From positions 96,001-160,000 of the IMG/VR virus record IMGVR_UViG_3300020595_003017: 64,000 nt of DNA, one strand, 5' to 3'. How positions within the stretch are numbered: position 1 is the first letter of the stretch; every line of letters begins with the position of its first letter. The notes beneath the pieces are model-generated. The model made no database searches, had not been told where the DNA came from, and saw only the letters and a program-made list of their open reading frames with translations. Shown in pieces: positions 36,147-45,504 of this stretch. The position numbers and the translations under genes are program-made. Source of the stretch: a virus.

Positions 36147-38129
36147 TTGAAAAACGTCTACTTGTTTGAAATAAACGATATTATAGCAAATCAGATGAAA
36201 CTTCCCTATAGTACGGGTCTTATTTGGTCTTATTGTATATTGGACGAGGTGATAACAAATAATTACAACCTTGATGGCTGGTTTTATTACCGACAAGATA
36301 TGGATGAAATTGTAGATAAAATTGAAAACCCTTCGGTCATAGGTTTCAGTTGTTTTGTGTGGAATTGGAAATTTAACAGAGACATTTCAAAAAAGATTAA
36401 AGAGAAGTGGCCAGATTGTAAGATAGTTTTTGGAGGTTGGTATCCTCCGATCCAAGACCGTAGTCAAGGATTTTTCCAAGACAATCCTTATGTTGATATT
36501 ATTGTTCACGGTGAGGGCGAGTTTACCTTCAAGGACATACTTTTAGAAAATTTAAAACCAAAAGAGGAACAAGATTGGACTTCGGTAGCTGGTTGCTCCG
36601 TTCCTCTCGAAGACTTAACAACCTTCGTTACCCCTAGCAGAGATCGAATCCCGGACATAAATGGTATGCCAACCCCTTATCTAAATGGGTTGTTTGACGA
36701 AATAGCAAAAGATTGTCCCTATGTTTTAGAGGCTACTTTAGAGACAACAAGAGGGTGCCCTTACCAGTGTACTTTTTGTGAAATTGGAACAAAATATTAT
36801 CAAAGAGTTAAGTGGCAAGATTTAGAAAAGGTCTATAAAGAAATTGACTGGATGTCTGATAATAAGGTTGCCTTTGTTTATAATGCTGATTCAAACTTTG
36901 GCTTACTTCCAAACCACCTAGAGGTAACAAAGTATTTTGTCAAAAAGAAAGAAGAAACAGGATTCCCAGACAAGCACAGATGCGACTGGGCTAAAAATAA
37001 AGCAGATAAAGTTTTAGAACTTGCTAAACTTTTTACTGATTCTGGAATGGACAAGGGAATTACGGTTGCGTTACAGTCCAGAAATCCTGAAACTCTCAAG
37101 GCTGTGAAGAGAAGAAACCTGGACGATGGTAAACTTGGCGAGTTTCTTAAGATGTATAACGAGGCAAAAGTCCCCGCCTATGTTGAACTGATTTTAGGAC
37201 TTCCAGAAGAAACTCTTGAAACATTTATTCAGGGGATATCTGACGTTATTGAATTAGACCAACACAATTACATTGGTATTTATGCTATGACAGCTTTACC
37301 TAATACACCCTTTGGGAAGCAGTCTTATATAGATGAATATGAACTTGAAATAATTAGTACTTTTCAAGCTTTTAATCATTATGATATATCAGGTGATAAT
37401 GAACTTGAAAGAGAAAAGATGGTTGTTGGTCATAAAAAACTAACATTTGAAGATTACAAAAACATGCATTATTTTAGATGGGTTGTCATGTCCGGACATT
37501 ATCTAGGGCTAACACAATTTATCAGTAGGTTTTTAAGGTCTGAGCATAATGTTTCTTATAAAGACTTTTATGAAAATCTCCTTAAATACTGTTATGATAA
37601 TCCACATAGTTTTCTAGGAAACGAATTAAGGCAAACAATAGTTAATTTAGAGGGTTCTTTGGGGGCTACTCAACCATGGGGAAGAATCATTGATGAAGTT
37701 AGAGAAAACTTTGGCTGGGATTTTGAAGAGGCCACAGCGATAAATGTTTGCTTACATAAAGAAAAGTATTATCTAGAAATACTAGACTTTATGAATAGGT
37801 ATCTCAAAGTAGAGATGCAACAAGATGTTATGGATGAATTAATGATTTATCAAAAAGTTGGTGTTCTTGATCCAACCTTAACTTATCCAATGAGAAAATC
37901 TTTCAAATATAACATTCATGACGTTATTACTAAAAAATCAAAACTTAGAAAATATAAAAACGAAATTGAATTCAACGCCAAAAACTATAACGGTGATCTG
38001 TATGAGTGGGGAAAAGAGACACTATGGTGGGGTCGTCGTGTTGGTGCGTGTAAAACAAAAAGAACAAAGGTAACGAAAAAATATAAAACAACCGATGCTC
38101 TCAATCCGCTAAGTGGGTTCAAGAGGTAA
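36147..38129 (+). CDS. B12-binding radical SAM enzyme
   Basis: Cobalamin-binding pattern IGFSCFVWN...IVFGG, GEGE; ETTRGCPYQCTFC (CxxxCxxC); DSNFG; ELILGLPEET. TTG start. Confidence 0.9.
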   Translation: MKNVYLFEINDIIANQMKLPYSTGLIWSYCILDEVITNNYNLDGWFYYRQDMDEIVDKIENPSVIGFSCFVWNWKFNRDISKKIKEKWPDCKIVFGGWYPPIQDRSQGFFQDNPYVDIIVHGEGEFTFKDILLENLKPKEEQDWTSVAGCSVPLEDLTTFVTPSRDRIPDINGMPTPYLNGLFDEIAKDCPYVLEATLETTRGCPYQCTFCEIGTKYYQRVKWQDLEKVYKEIDWMSDNKVAFVYNADSNFGLLPNHLEVTKYFVKKKEETGFPDKHRCDWAKNKADKVLELAKLFTDSGMDKGITVALQSRNPETLKAVKRRNLDDGKLGEFLKMYNEAKVPAYVELILGLPEETLETFIQGISDVIELDQHNYIGIYAMTALPNTPFGKQSYIDEYELEIISTFQAFNHYDISGDNELEREKMVVGHKKLTFEDYKNMHYFRWVVMSGHYLGLTQFISRFLRSEHNVSYKDFYENLLKYCYDNPHSFLGNELRQTIVNLEGSLGATQPWGRIIDEVRENFGWDFEEATAINVCLHKEKYYLEILDFMNRYLKVEMQQDVMDELMIYQKVGVLDPTLTYPMRKSFKYNIHDVITKKSKLRKYKNEIEFNAKNYNGDLYEWGKETLWWGRRVGACKTKRTKVTKKYKTTDALNPLSGFKR

Positions 38130-38132
38130 TGA

Positions 38133-38567
38133 ATGGCAGGATTTAAATGGACATGGGAAACAGCACCACAATCCCCAGGCGCTGGCATTGTTGTAGTTCA
38201 GAATTTTGATAAGGAATATAAAGTTCTAGGTTTGTGGGCTCGTGGTGGCTATGATATTCCAAAAGGACATGTTGAAAGTGGCGAGGGATTTCTTGAGACC
38301 GCCATAAGGGAAACAGAAGAAGAATCAAGTATCACCGACTTAGATTTTAAATGGGGAAAAAGACCGATTATAGTAGATCAGCTTAAGGTATATCTAGCTG
38401 AAACAAGTCAACCTGGAAAAGTGGTGGCTAATGAACATTCGGGGATATTAGAACATGAATACTTGAAATGGATGGAATGGGAAGAGATGTATGAAAAAAC
38501 TTATGATTACTTGAAGCCCGCTATTTTATGGGCCAAAGAAAGCGTGGAAAAAGATGAAAGCAAATAA
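38133..38567 (+). CDS. Nudix hydrolase (Ap4A hydrolase-like)
   Basis: Nudix box PKGHVESGEGFLETAIRETEEES; EH....W. Confidence 0.88.
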   Translation: MAGFKWTWETAPQSPGAGIVVVQNFDKEYKVLGLWARGGYDIPKGHVESGEGFLETAIRETEEESSITDLDFKWGKRPIIVDQLKVYLAETSQPGKVVANEHSGILEHEYLKWMEWEEMYEKTYDYLKPAILWAKESVEKDESK

Positions 38568-39423
38568 ATTAAAGCTAGCAGATATTATCGATAAACACAA
38601 AGGGACTGCTGCTGTTATTTGTGGTCACGGTCCTAGTCTTAATGAGGATAAAGAGCGAATAGAGGAGTTGCAGAATAATAATGAGATCATAAGATTTTCT
38701 GTAAACAATTGGTATGATTATTTTAAAATTGCGCCTGATTATTGGGTGATTTCTAATTCGCAGTTTTCTTTCCCTGTAATGCACGAAATAATGAATAAGT
38801 ACAAGTCACCAGTTCTTTATTCGACTGACGGTGATTTTTCAAGTGATGAATATATTCAATCTATCTTGCAATGTGATTACTTACCATATGATCAAAGACA
38901 TTTCAAAGGCCACAATTGTGTTAAAATACTTAAGTCTTTTAAAGACTATCAAGTGAAAAATAAAAACTTTGATTATAAAGAGTATGGCAACAATAGTGCC
39001 ATGTGGCATCCACCTCGTATCGGTTATCCTGATGGCTGGGCAGGTTTTGACCTGCATGGCAGGTGTTGTAAAATGATTGATAGGACACAACTAACAATAC
39101 AAGAAGAGCTACAAAAACAAACAGGACTTGATAGACATTATAGCACTGGGGACACAGTTGCGCTACATGCGATCGCTTTTGCTATTCTTATGGGATGTAG
39201 TCCAATATATTTGTCTGGTGTTGATTTAAGTTATAGGTTGGGATATGCAAGAAAAGATATCGCACTTCACCAAGATCATTTTACCCTTTGGGAAGACAAT
39301 CACAAAAATCTCATATCTGACTTGACAATTTTGCTTGACAGTGCTAACAATAAAGATATAAAAATTATGAACTTAAACAAGCAAACTTGGTTTGATTTAT
39401 TTCCAATTTCTGAATTACCTTAA
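38554..39423 (+). CDS. Maf/DUF115-like (motility-associated factor) glycosyltransferase-domain protein
   Basis: AVICGHGPSL, FSVNN, PDYWV, TVALHAIAFAILMGCSPIYLSGVDL.Y. Confidence 0.72.
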   Translation: MKANKLKLADIIDKHKGTAAVICGHGPSLNEDKERIEELQNNNEIIRFSVNNWYDYFKIAPDYWVISNSQFSFPVMHEIMNKYKSPVLYSTDGDFSSDEYIQSILQCDYLPYDQRHFKGHNCVKILKSFKDYQVKNKNFDYKEYGNNSAMWHPPRIGYPDGWAGFDLHGRCCKMIDRTQLTIQEELQKQTGLDRHYSTGDTVALHAIAFAILMGCSPIYLSGVDLSYRLGYARKDIALHQDHFTLWEDNHKNLISDLTILLDSANNKDIKIMNLNKQTWFDLFPISELP

Positions 39424-39485
39424 ATTTTTACTAAACATTTTTTCGATCAAGATATACAATCACTATTAGAGGGTCGTGAATACCT

Positions 39486-40163
39486 ATGAAAAAGTGTGTG
39501 GTTATCTTAGCAAGAGGTGGTAGCAAAAGCATACCAAGGAAAAACCTAGTTAAGATAAACGGTCAAGCTCTATTGTCATATCCTATAAAAGCAGCCTTTG
39601 CCGCTGGTATTGATGATGTTTGGGTATCTTCTGAGGACGAAGAAATTAAATCTTTAGCAAAAACTTTAGGTGCCAAAGTACATAACCGACCTTATTGGTT
39701 GGCTGGGGATCTCACAACGGATTTTGAATGTTTTCAGGATTTCTTATCTGATCATAATCAATATGATTATGTTATTCACTTGAGAGCGACGTCTCCACAA
39801 ATAAATGCTAAAATAATCCAAGAAGCAGTAACCAAGTTTGAAAATAATTACGAGATTGTTGATTCCCTTAGGTCTGTCACAAGGATGGAAAAATCTCCGT
39901 TCAAGTCTTGGTTTATGGAAAAGCAAGGATTTTTGACGCCGGTTATACCTGATAATGATTTACATTCCTCGCCGAGACAGGTATTAAGAACTAGCTTTTA
40001 TCAAAATGCTTGCATTGATATAATTAAAGCCGATACAATTACTAAAAAAAGTAGTATCATAGGTGAGCGGTGTATTCCATATCTTATGGAAGATGACTAT
40101 AATATAGACATTGACACCGAACAAGATTTAACTCAAGCAAAGAATATATTTAAGGATCAATAA
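39486..40163 (+). CDS. neuA: acylneuraminate (nonulosonate) cytidylyltransferase
   Basis: ILARGGSKSIPRKN, VWVSSED, R...LAGD, LRATSP, YQNA, IDIDT..DL. Confidence 0.9.
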   Translation: MKKCVVILARGGSKSIPRKNLVKINGQALLSYPIKAAFAAGIDDVWVSSEDEEIKSLAKTLGAKVHNRPYWLAGDLTTDFECFQDFLSDHNQYDYVIHLRATSPQINAKIIQEAVTKFENNYEIVDSLRSVTRMEKSPFKSWFMEKQGFLTPVIPDNDLHSSPRQVLRTSFYQNACIDIIKADTITKKSSIIGERCIPYLMEDDYNIDIDTEQDLTQAKNIFKDQ

Positions 40164-41635
40164 TGTTTTTTATTTTAGAAATGGCTAACAATCATCAGGG
40201 TAGTGTGCAACATGCAAAAGCTATTATTGATGATTTCGTAGAAGTTAAAAACAAATACGATTTAAACGTAGGTTTAAAAGTTCAGTTTCGTAACCTTGAC
40301 ACCTTTATTCATCCTGATTTCAAGAACTCTGGACTGAAATATGTTAAAAGGTTTAATGAGACTAGACTAGAGGTAGAGGATTTTCGACAAATTTTAGAAT
40401 ATGCAAAATCAAAAGGTATGAAAACTGTCGCAACGCCTTTTGATAATGAATCTTTAAGATTGTTCGAGGAACTTGATGTTGATATACTAAAGATAGCTAG
40501 TTGTTCTGCTGATGATTGGCCACTCTTAAGGCAGGTTGCAAAAATACAAAGAAAAATTGTTATGTCAACCGCCGGCACAGAAATACCGGTACTACAAAAA
40601 GCATACAACTTATTCAAGGCTAACAATAGAGATTTTGCTTTCATGCACTGTGTGGGGGATTATCCGACACCAACTTCTAGTGCAGACTTGTCTAGAATTC
40701 TAACGCTTAGGGATACTTTTCCTGATATAGAAATAGGTTTTTCTACTCACGAATCACCAGATGAGGTATCGTTAGCTTCACATGCTCGTGCCATGGGTTG
40801 TACGATATTTGAAAAACATGTTGGTAAAAAGACAGACACAGTAAATCTTAATGCTTATTCATGCACTAGAGAACAGTATGAAAATATGATAGTTGATTTG
40901 ATGCGTTACCAGTCTGCTTTTGAGGGTAAATCTAACACGCAGAAACAATCTTTGAGAAACCTCAAAAGGGGAGTGTATATTAGGGAAGATTTGCCCAAAG
41001 GTCACACCCTCTCAGAAGAAGATCTTTTTTATGCAATGCCTTGCCAAGAGGATCAACTGGATGTATCAAAAATTGATATGGTTTTGGGCTCTGCTCTTGA
41101 AGTGGCAAAAAGCAGAAATGAAAAACTCTGTCTAGAAAACATTATAAATAAAACTGATGATGAGACACATAAAATCTGTGACTCTGTTAGAGAAGTTTTA
41201 GAACACGCAAAAATACCAGTTACCCCAAAAGATAAGTGTGAAATTTCTTGTCATTACGGATTGGAAAATTTTGAAAGATATGGTGCCTTTATCATTGATA
41301 AGGTTAATAGAGAATATTGTAAAAAGCTAATTGTAATGTTACCAGGACAAAAACACCCAGAGCATTATCACATAAGAAAAGAAGAAACCTTTGAGTTAAT
41401 ACACGGTGACTGTTCTATTGCCGTAAAAGGAAAAACTGTTGACTTAAAGCTTGGAGAGCCATTTCTTATTGTCAGAAATGTACCACACGCTTTCCAGACT
41501 TTGAATGGTTGTGTTATCGAAGAAGTTTCTACAACTCATCATCGTGGTGATTCAATATACACTGACCCATCAATTCTTCGAAAAGAAGTAAAAGACAGAA
41601 AAGTAACATGCAATATTTATAGGAAAAAAATATGA
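40163..41635 (+). CDS. neuB: NeuB-family nonulosonate synthase with SAF domain and an extra C-terminal cupin
   Basis: ILEMANNHQG, KVQFR, ATPFD, KIASC, MSTAG, HCVGDYPT, GFSTHE, FEKH; cupin YCKKLIVMLPGQKHPEHYH.RKEETF...PHAF...IEEVST. Confidence 0.88.
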   Translation: MFFILEMANNHQGSVQHAKAIIDDFVEVKNKYDLNVGLKVQFRNLDTFIHPDFKNSGLKYVKRFNETRLEVEDFRQILEYAKSKGMKTVATPFDNESLRLFEELDVDILKIASCSADDWPLLRQVAKIQRKIVMSTAGTEIPVLQKAYNLFKANNRDFAFMHCVGDYPTPTSSADLSRILTLRDTFPDIEIGFSTHESPDEVSLASHARAMGCTIFEKHVGKKTDTVNLNAYSCTREQYENMIVDLMRYQSAFEGKSNTQKQSLRNLKRGVYIREDLPKGHTLSEEDLFYAMPCQEDQLDVSKIDMVLGSALEVAKSRNEKLCLENIINKTDDETHKICDSVREVLEHAKIPVTPKDKCEISCHYGLENFERYGAFIIDKVNREYCKKLIVMLPGQKHPEHYHIRKEETFELIHGDCSIAVKGKTVDLKLGEPFLIVRNVPHAFQTLNGCVIEEVSTTHHRGDSIYTDPSILRKEVKDRKVTCNIYRKKI

Positions 41636-42915
41636 CAAACCACTTTAAAAATATTACACAGTGCCGCATTTGTGGATCACAGGACTTGACTGAGGTTATC
41701 TCTATTGAGGAACAACATTTGTCTCCGACATTTGTTCGAACGAATAAAGATAATCATTTAGCAGGTTTACTTGTTAGGCAGACTTTAGTTCTTTGTGACA
41801 AAAGTAAAAATAGTAAAAATTGTGGACTTTTACAACTCAAAGAAACTGTGAAGCCAGATTTATTATACAAGCAATACTTTTATCGCTCCGCCGTAAGTGA
41901 TACGATGCGCAAGGACCTTAGAGAGGTTGTTGACGATGTTACATCTAGAGTAGACTTGAATGGTGGAGATGTTGTTCTTGATATTGGTGCAAATGATTGC
42001 ACCATGTTGTCTTACTTTGACTCTTCTTTGGCGAGAGTAGGAGTTGAGCCAGCAGAAAATATTGAATGGGATCATGTCGATGAATCAATAACAATTGTTA
42101 ATGATTACTTTTCTTGGCAGGCCGTGGAATCAACACTGGCAGGAAGAAAAGTAAAGGCATTTACAAGTTGCGCCATGTTTTATGATCTTGATGATCCAAA
42201 TAGCTTTGTAGCTGCAATCAAAAAATGTCTGGACAAAGATGGTGTCTGGTGTATTCAGTTGAGTTACTTGCCTTTAATGCTTGAGAATATTAATTTTTAT
42301 GATATTTGTAACGAACACTTGGAATATTATTCGCTGCAAGTTCTTGAAACACTGATGAATAGAAATGGATTAAAAATTGTAGACGCTAGCTTAAACAACG
42401 TCAATGGTGGGTCTGCTCGTGTTTTCATTAAGCACATTGAACACCCTGATGCTCAAAGTGATGATCTTGTAAAACTTCTGAAGAAAGAGGACGAACTAAA
42501 TCTCTATGAGCCAAAGACTTACGTTGAGTTTTATGACAAAATAAAAGATCTTAGAGATAGAATTAAAAACTCCATGCTTTCGGAAATTGAAAGAGGCGAG
42601 CTTGTCCTAGGTCTCGGAGCATCAACTAAAGGTAACATGCTACTTCAGCTTTTTGGTATCGATAATAAAATGCTTCCTTACATTAGCGAACGCAACCCAG
42701 ATAAAGTTGGATTACGAACGCTGGGCACAGACATAGAATTAATATCTGAGGAACACGCTCGGTCTCTTAATCCTAGTTGTATGCTTGTATTACCTTGGTA
42801 CTTTAAAGACGAAATTGTCGAAAGGGAACAGCCTTATATTCAGGCAGGCGGCAAGCTGATGTTTCCGATGCCGTATCCTCATATTGTGACAAAAGATGGG
42901 GAGATAAAAATCTAA
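41632..42915 (+). CDS. NDP-sugar C-methyltransferase (Zn-binding N-domain + SAM domain)
   Basis: CRICGS, CGLLQL, YFYRS, VLDIGANDCT.L, GVEPA, ICNEHLEYYS, GASTKGN.LL, LPWYF. Confidence 0.85.
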   Translation: MTNHFKNITQCRICGSQDLTEVISIEEQHLSPTFVRTNKDNHLAGLLVRQTLVLCDKSKNSKNCGLLQLKETVKPDLLYKQYFYRSAVSDTMRKDLREVVDDVTSRVDLNGGDVVLDIGANDCTMLSYFDSSLARVGVEPAENIEWDHVDESITIVNDYFSWQAVESTLAGRKVKAFTSCAMFYDLDDPNSFVAAIKKCLDKDGVWCIQLSYLPLMLENINFYDICNEHLEYYSLQVLETLMNRNGLKIVDASLNNVNGGSARVFIKHIEHPDAQSDDLVKLLKKEDELNLYEPKTYVEFYDKIKDLRDRIKNSMLSEIERGELVLGLGASTKGNMLLQLFGIDNKMLPYISERNPDKVGLRTLGTDIELISEEHARSLNPSCMLVLPWYFKDEIVEREQPYIQAGGKLMFPMPYPHIVTKDGEIKI

Positions 42916-43817
42916 TGAAAGTTGTAGTAACTGGTGGTTCTGGATTTGTAGGTAAAAGGCTGCAATTAATCAAGCCAGATTGGACATATCTTTCTTCGAA
43001 AGATTATAACCTAATGGACTCAGGTGACTGTGATAGGATGTACAAAGAATTAAAGCCCGACGCTGTGGTTCATTTAGCGGGTCAAGTAGGAGGCATAAAA
43101 GCCAATGACGACCGACCAGCAGACTTCTACTATATGAACATAACTATGAACACAAACATCGTTCAAAAGGCTTACGAGAATGGTGTTAAAAGAGTGCTAG
43201 CTTCTTTGAGTACATGTACATTCCCAGATGTTGTAAAAAAATACCCACTAACCGAAGAAGATATATTTGATGGACCTCCTGCGGCTACCAACATATCATA
43301 TGGGTATGCTAAGAGGAGCCTGTTAATACAAATTTTAGCGTACAGGAGACAGTACGGTTTAAATTATAGTTCCTTTTGTCCATCTAATTTGTATGGTCCG
43401 GGAGATAATTTCAACCTTAACACATCTCACTTTGTGCCGGCCATGATAAGAAAGTTTTCCGAGGCGAGTGATGGCGACACAGTTGAAGTTTGGGGAACCG
43501 GAAAACCACTCCGGCAACAATTGTACGTTGATGATTTGGCAAATATAATTCCCATTCTTTTAGACAAACATCACACTGAAGTCCCTTTGATTGTAGCACC
43601 TTATGAGAACTTGTCTATATCAGAAATGGTATCGATGATCAAGGAGAAATCAGGAAAGAATTGTGAAGTTTTTTATAACAACAACCTTGATGGTCAGTTT
43701 AGGAAAGATGGATCTAATGAGAAGTTAATTGATTTGATTGGTGAATATAATTTTATAAACTTTAAAGACGGAGTGGAGCAGACGTATGACTGGTACGCAA
43801 ACAAAGTCCTACAATAA
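42915..43817 (+). CDS. fcl: GDP-L-fucose synthase
   Basis: VTGGSGFVG, HLAGQVGGI.AN, STCTFP, YGYAKR, PSNLYGPGDNF, HFVPAMI, VWGTGKPLRQ.LYVDD, DGQ.RK. Confidence 0.9.
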   Translation: MKVVVTGGSGFVGKRLQLIKPDWTYLSSKDYNLMDSGDCDRMYKELKPDAVVHLAGQVGGIKANDDRPADFYYMNITMNTNIVQKAYENGVKRVLASLSTCTFPDVVKKYPLTEEDIFDGPPAATNISYGYAKRSLLIQILAYRRQYGLNYSSFCPSNLYGPGDNFNLNTSHFVPAMIRKFSEASDGDTVEVWGTGKPLRQQLYVDDLANIIPILLDKHHTEVPLIVAPYENLSISEMVSMIKEKSGKNCEVFYNNNLDGQFRKDGSNEKLIDLIGEYNFINFKDGVEQTYDWYANKVLQ

Positions 43818-44796
43818 GACAGCTTTTGTTACTGGCGTAACAGGACAAGACGGATCATATCTTGTAGAACTTTTATTAGATAAAGGGTACAGAGTGATTG
43901 GGGCAAAAAGAAGAACCTCTACTATCTGTACTGACAGGATCGATCGTTTATTTGATAGGCCAAATTTTATTCTTGAATTTTATGACCTTAACGACACTTC
44001 TAGAACATGGGAACTAATAAATAAATACAAGCCAGACGAGATCTATAATCTAGCAGCGATGTCGCATGTTAGAGTATCTTTTGAAATACCTGAACACACG
44101 GTAGATGGAATAGCTATGGGAACCTTGCGGCTTTTAAATGCCTGTAAGGAACTTGTACCAAATGCAAAATTTTACCAAGCATCATCTTCAGAAATGTATG
44201 GCGATAATCCAAATTATCCTTTCAATGAGGATTCTAGCTTAATGCCAGCATCTCCGTATGCTTGTGCTAAAGTATTTGCTCACAATCTCTGTAGAAATTA
44301 TCGACTAGCATATGGTATGCATGTTTCAAGTGGAATACTTTTTAATCATGAGTCTCCACGCCGAGGCGAAACGTTTGTTACAAGGAAGATAACTTTAGCA
44401 GCAGCCAGAATCAAACAGGGGTTACAAGACAAACTTTTCTTAGGTAACCTAGAGGCAAAAAGAGACTGGGGTTTCGCTGGCGACTATACCGAGGCCATGT
44501 GGCTCATGCTACAACAAGATGAGCCAGATGATTATGTTATCGCCACAGGCGAAACTCATACAGTTAGAGAATTTTTGGAAGAAGTTTTCTCACATGCTGG
44601 TCTTGATGTCGATAAACATCTGTATATTGACCCAAGACTTTTCAGACCCCATGAAGTTCCTTATCTTCTCGGTAATCCCGAAAAAGCAAAAAAGAAATTA
44701 AACTGGGAACCAAAAATAACATTTAAAGAATTAGCAAAACAAATGTACGAGGAAGACTATAAACTCGTCGCAAAAAATAAAGGAGAAATAAAATGA
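43786..44796 (+). CDS. gmd: GDP-mannose 4,6-dehydratase
   Basis: TGVTGQDGSYL, YNLAAMSHV.VSF, YQASSSE, SPYACAK, LFNHESPRRGETFVTRKI, LGNL.AKRDWG. Confidence 0.95.
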   Translation: MTGTQTKSYNKTAFVTGVTGQDGSYLVELLLDKGYRVIGAKRRTSTICTDRIDRLFDRPNFILEFYDLNDTSRTWELINKYKPDEIYNLAAMSHVRVSFEIPEHTVDGIAMGTLRLLNACKELVPNAKFYQASSSEMYGDNPNYPFNEDSSLMPASPYACAKVFAHNLCRNYRLAYGMHVSSGILFNHESPRRGETFVTRKITLAAARIKQGLQDKLFLGNLEAKRDWGFAGDYTEAMWLMLQQDEPDDYVIATGETHTVREFLEEVFSHAGLDVDKHLYIDPRLFRPHEVPYLLGNPEKAKKKLNWEPKITFKELAKQMYEEDYKLVAKNKGEIK

Positions 44797-44969
44797 AATT
44801 ATCACAGCAAGCAATTGGAGCACTATTGATGACACTTCAGAAGTGCCTTGCAGAAGAGAAAGATATTACTGAGCTTTTGTCTGATTGGGATTTAGAAATT
44901 AATGAAGCGGGCGATGTTACTGTAACAAACCCACCCAGTTTTAAAACTCAGGTATTTGAAACAGAGTAA
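44793..44969 (+). CDS. 58-aa hypothetical protein (not in the ORF track)
   Basis: Own translation: MKLSQQAIGALLMTLQKCLAEEKDITELLSDWDLEINEAGDVTVTNPPSFKTQVFETE*. AGGAG upstream; ATGA and TAATG coupling on both sides. Confidence 0.75.
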   Translation: MKLSQQAIGALLMTLQKCLAEEKDITELLSDWDLEINEAGDVTVTNPPSFKTQVFETE

Positions 44970-45229
44970 TGCCAAAGTACACCTATGTTTGCAATAAGTG
45001 CAATCAACAATTTGATGTAATTCATTCTTATAAAGATGAAATAACAAAGTGTGAGATTTGTGGTGAAATCGGCACTGTTTCAAAATTTCTTGGAAACCCA
45101 ATAAATGTGAGAAATAAAGTTACACAAAAAAAACCAGAAATTGGAAGCGTTGTCATAGAGACAATAGAAGAAGCTAAGAAAGAGATAGAAAATGAAAAAG
45201 CTAAAAAAAGGAAAGAGGTAAGAAAATGA
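44969..45229 (+). CDS. FmdB-family zinc-ribbon protein
   Basis: MPKYTYVCNKC..F........CEICG. Confidence 0.82.
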   Translation: MPKYTYVCNKCNQQFDVIHSYKDEITKCEICGEIGTVSKFLGNPINVRNKVTQKKPEIGSVVIETIEEAKKEIENEKAKKRKEVRK

Positions 45230-45504
45230 CTCTTTATTATATTTTGGCCTTTTCTGTTATCTGTAATATTTTCTTTGTTTGGTATGTTAGGCAGCTTTTG
45301 ATTCGCTTTAATTATTTTTCTACAAACTTTGAAGCCCTTTCGGATATGATACAGGTATATCACGATCACCTAGAAAAGGTTTATGGTCTTGAAACGTTTT
45401 ATGGAGACACAACTCTACAAGGGCTCCTAAATCATACGAAAGATTTTTCAGAGTTCATAACAGGAATGAAGGTAAATTTTGAAATCGACCAAGAAGAGGA
45501 ATAA
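45226..45504 (+). CDS. small membrane protein
   Basis: N-terminal transmembrane segment; LETFYGDTTLQGLL. Confidence 0.68.
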   Translation: MTLYYILAFSVICNIFFVWYVRQLLIRFNYFSTNFEALSDMIQVYHDHLEKVYGLETFYGDTTLQGLLNHTKDFSEFITGMKVNFEIDQEEE

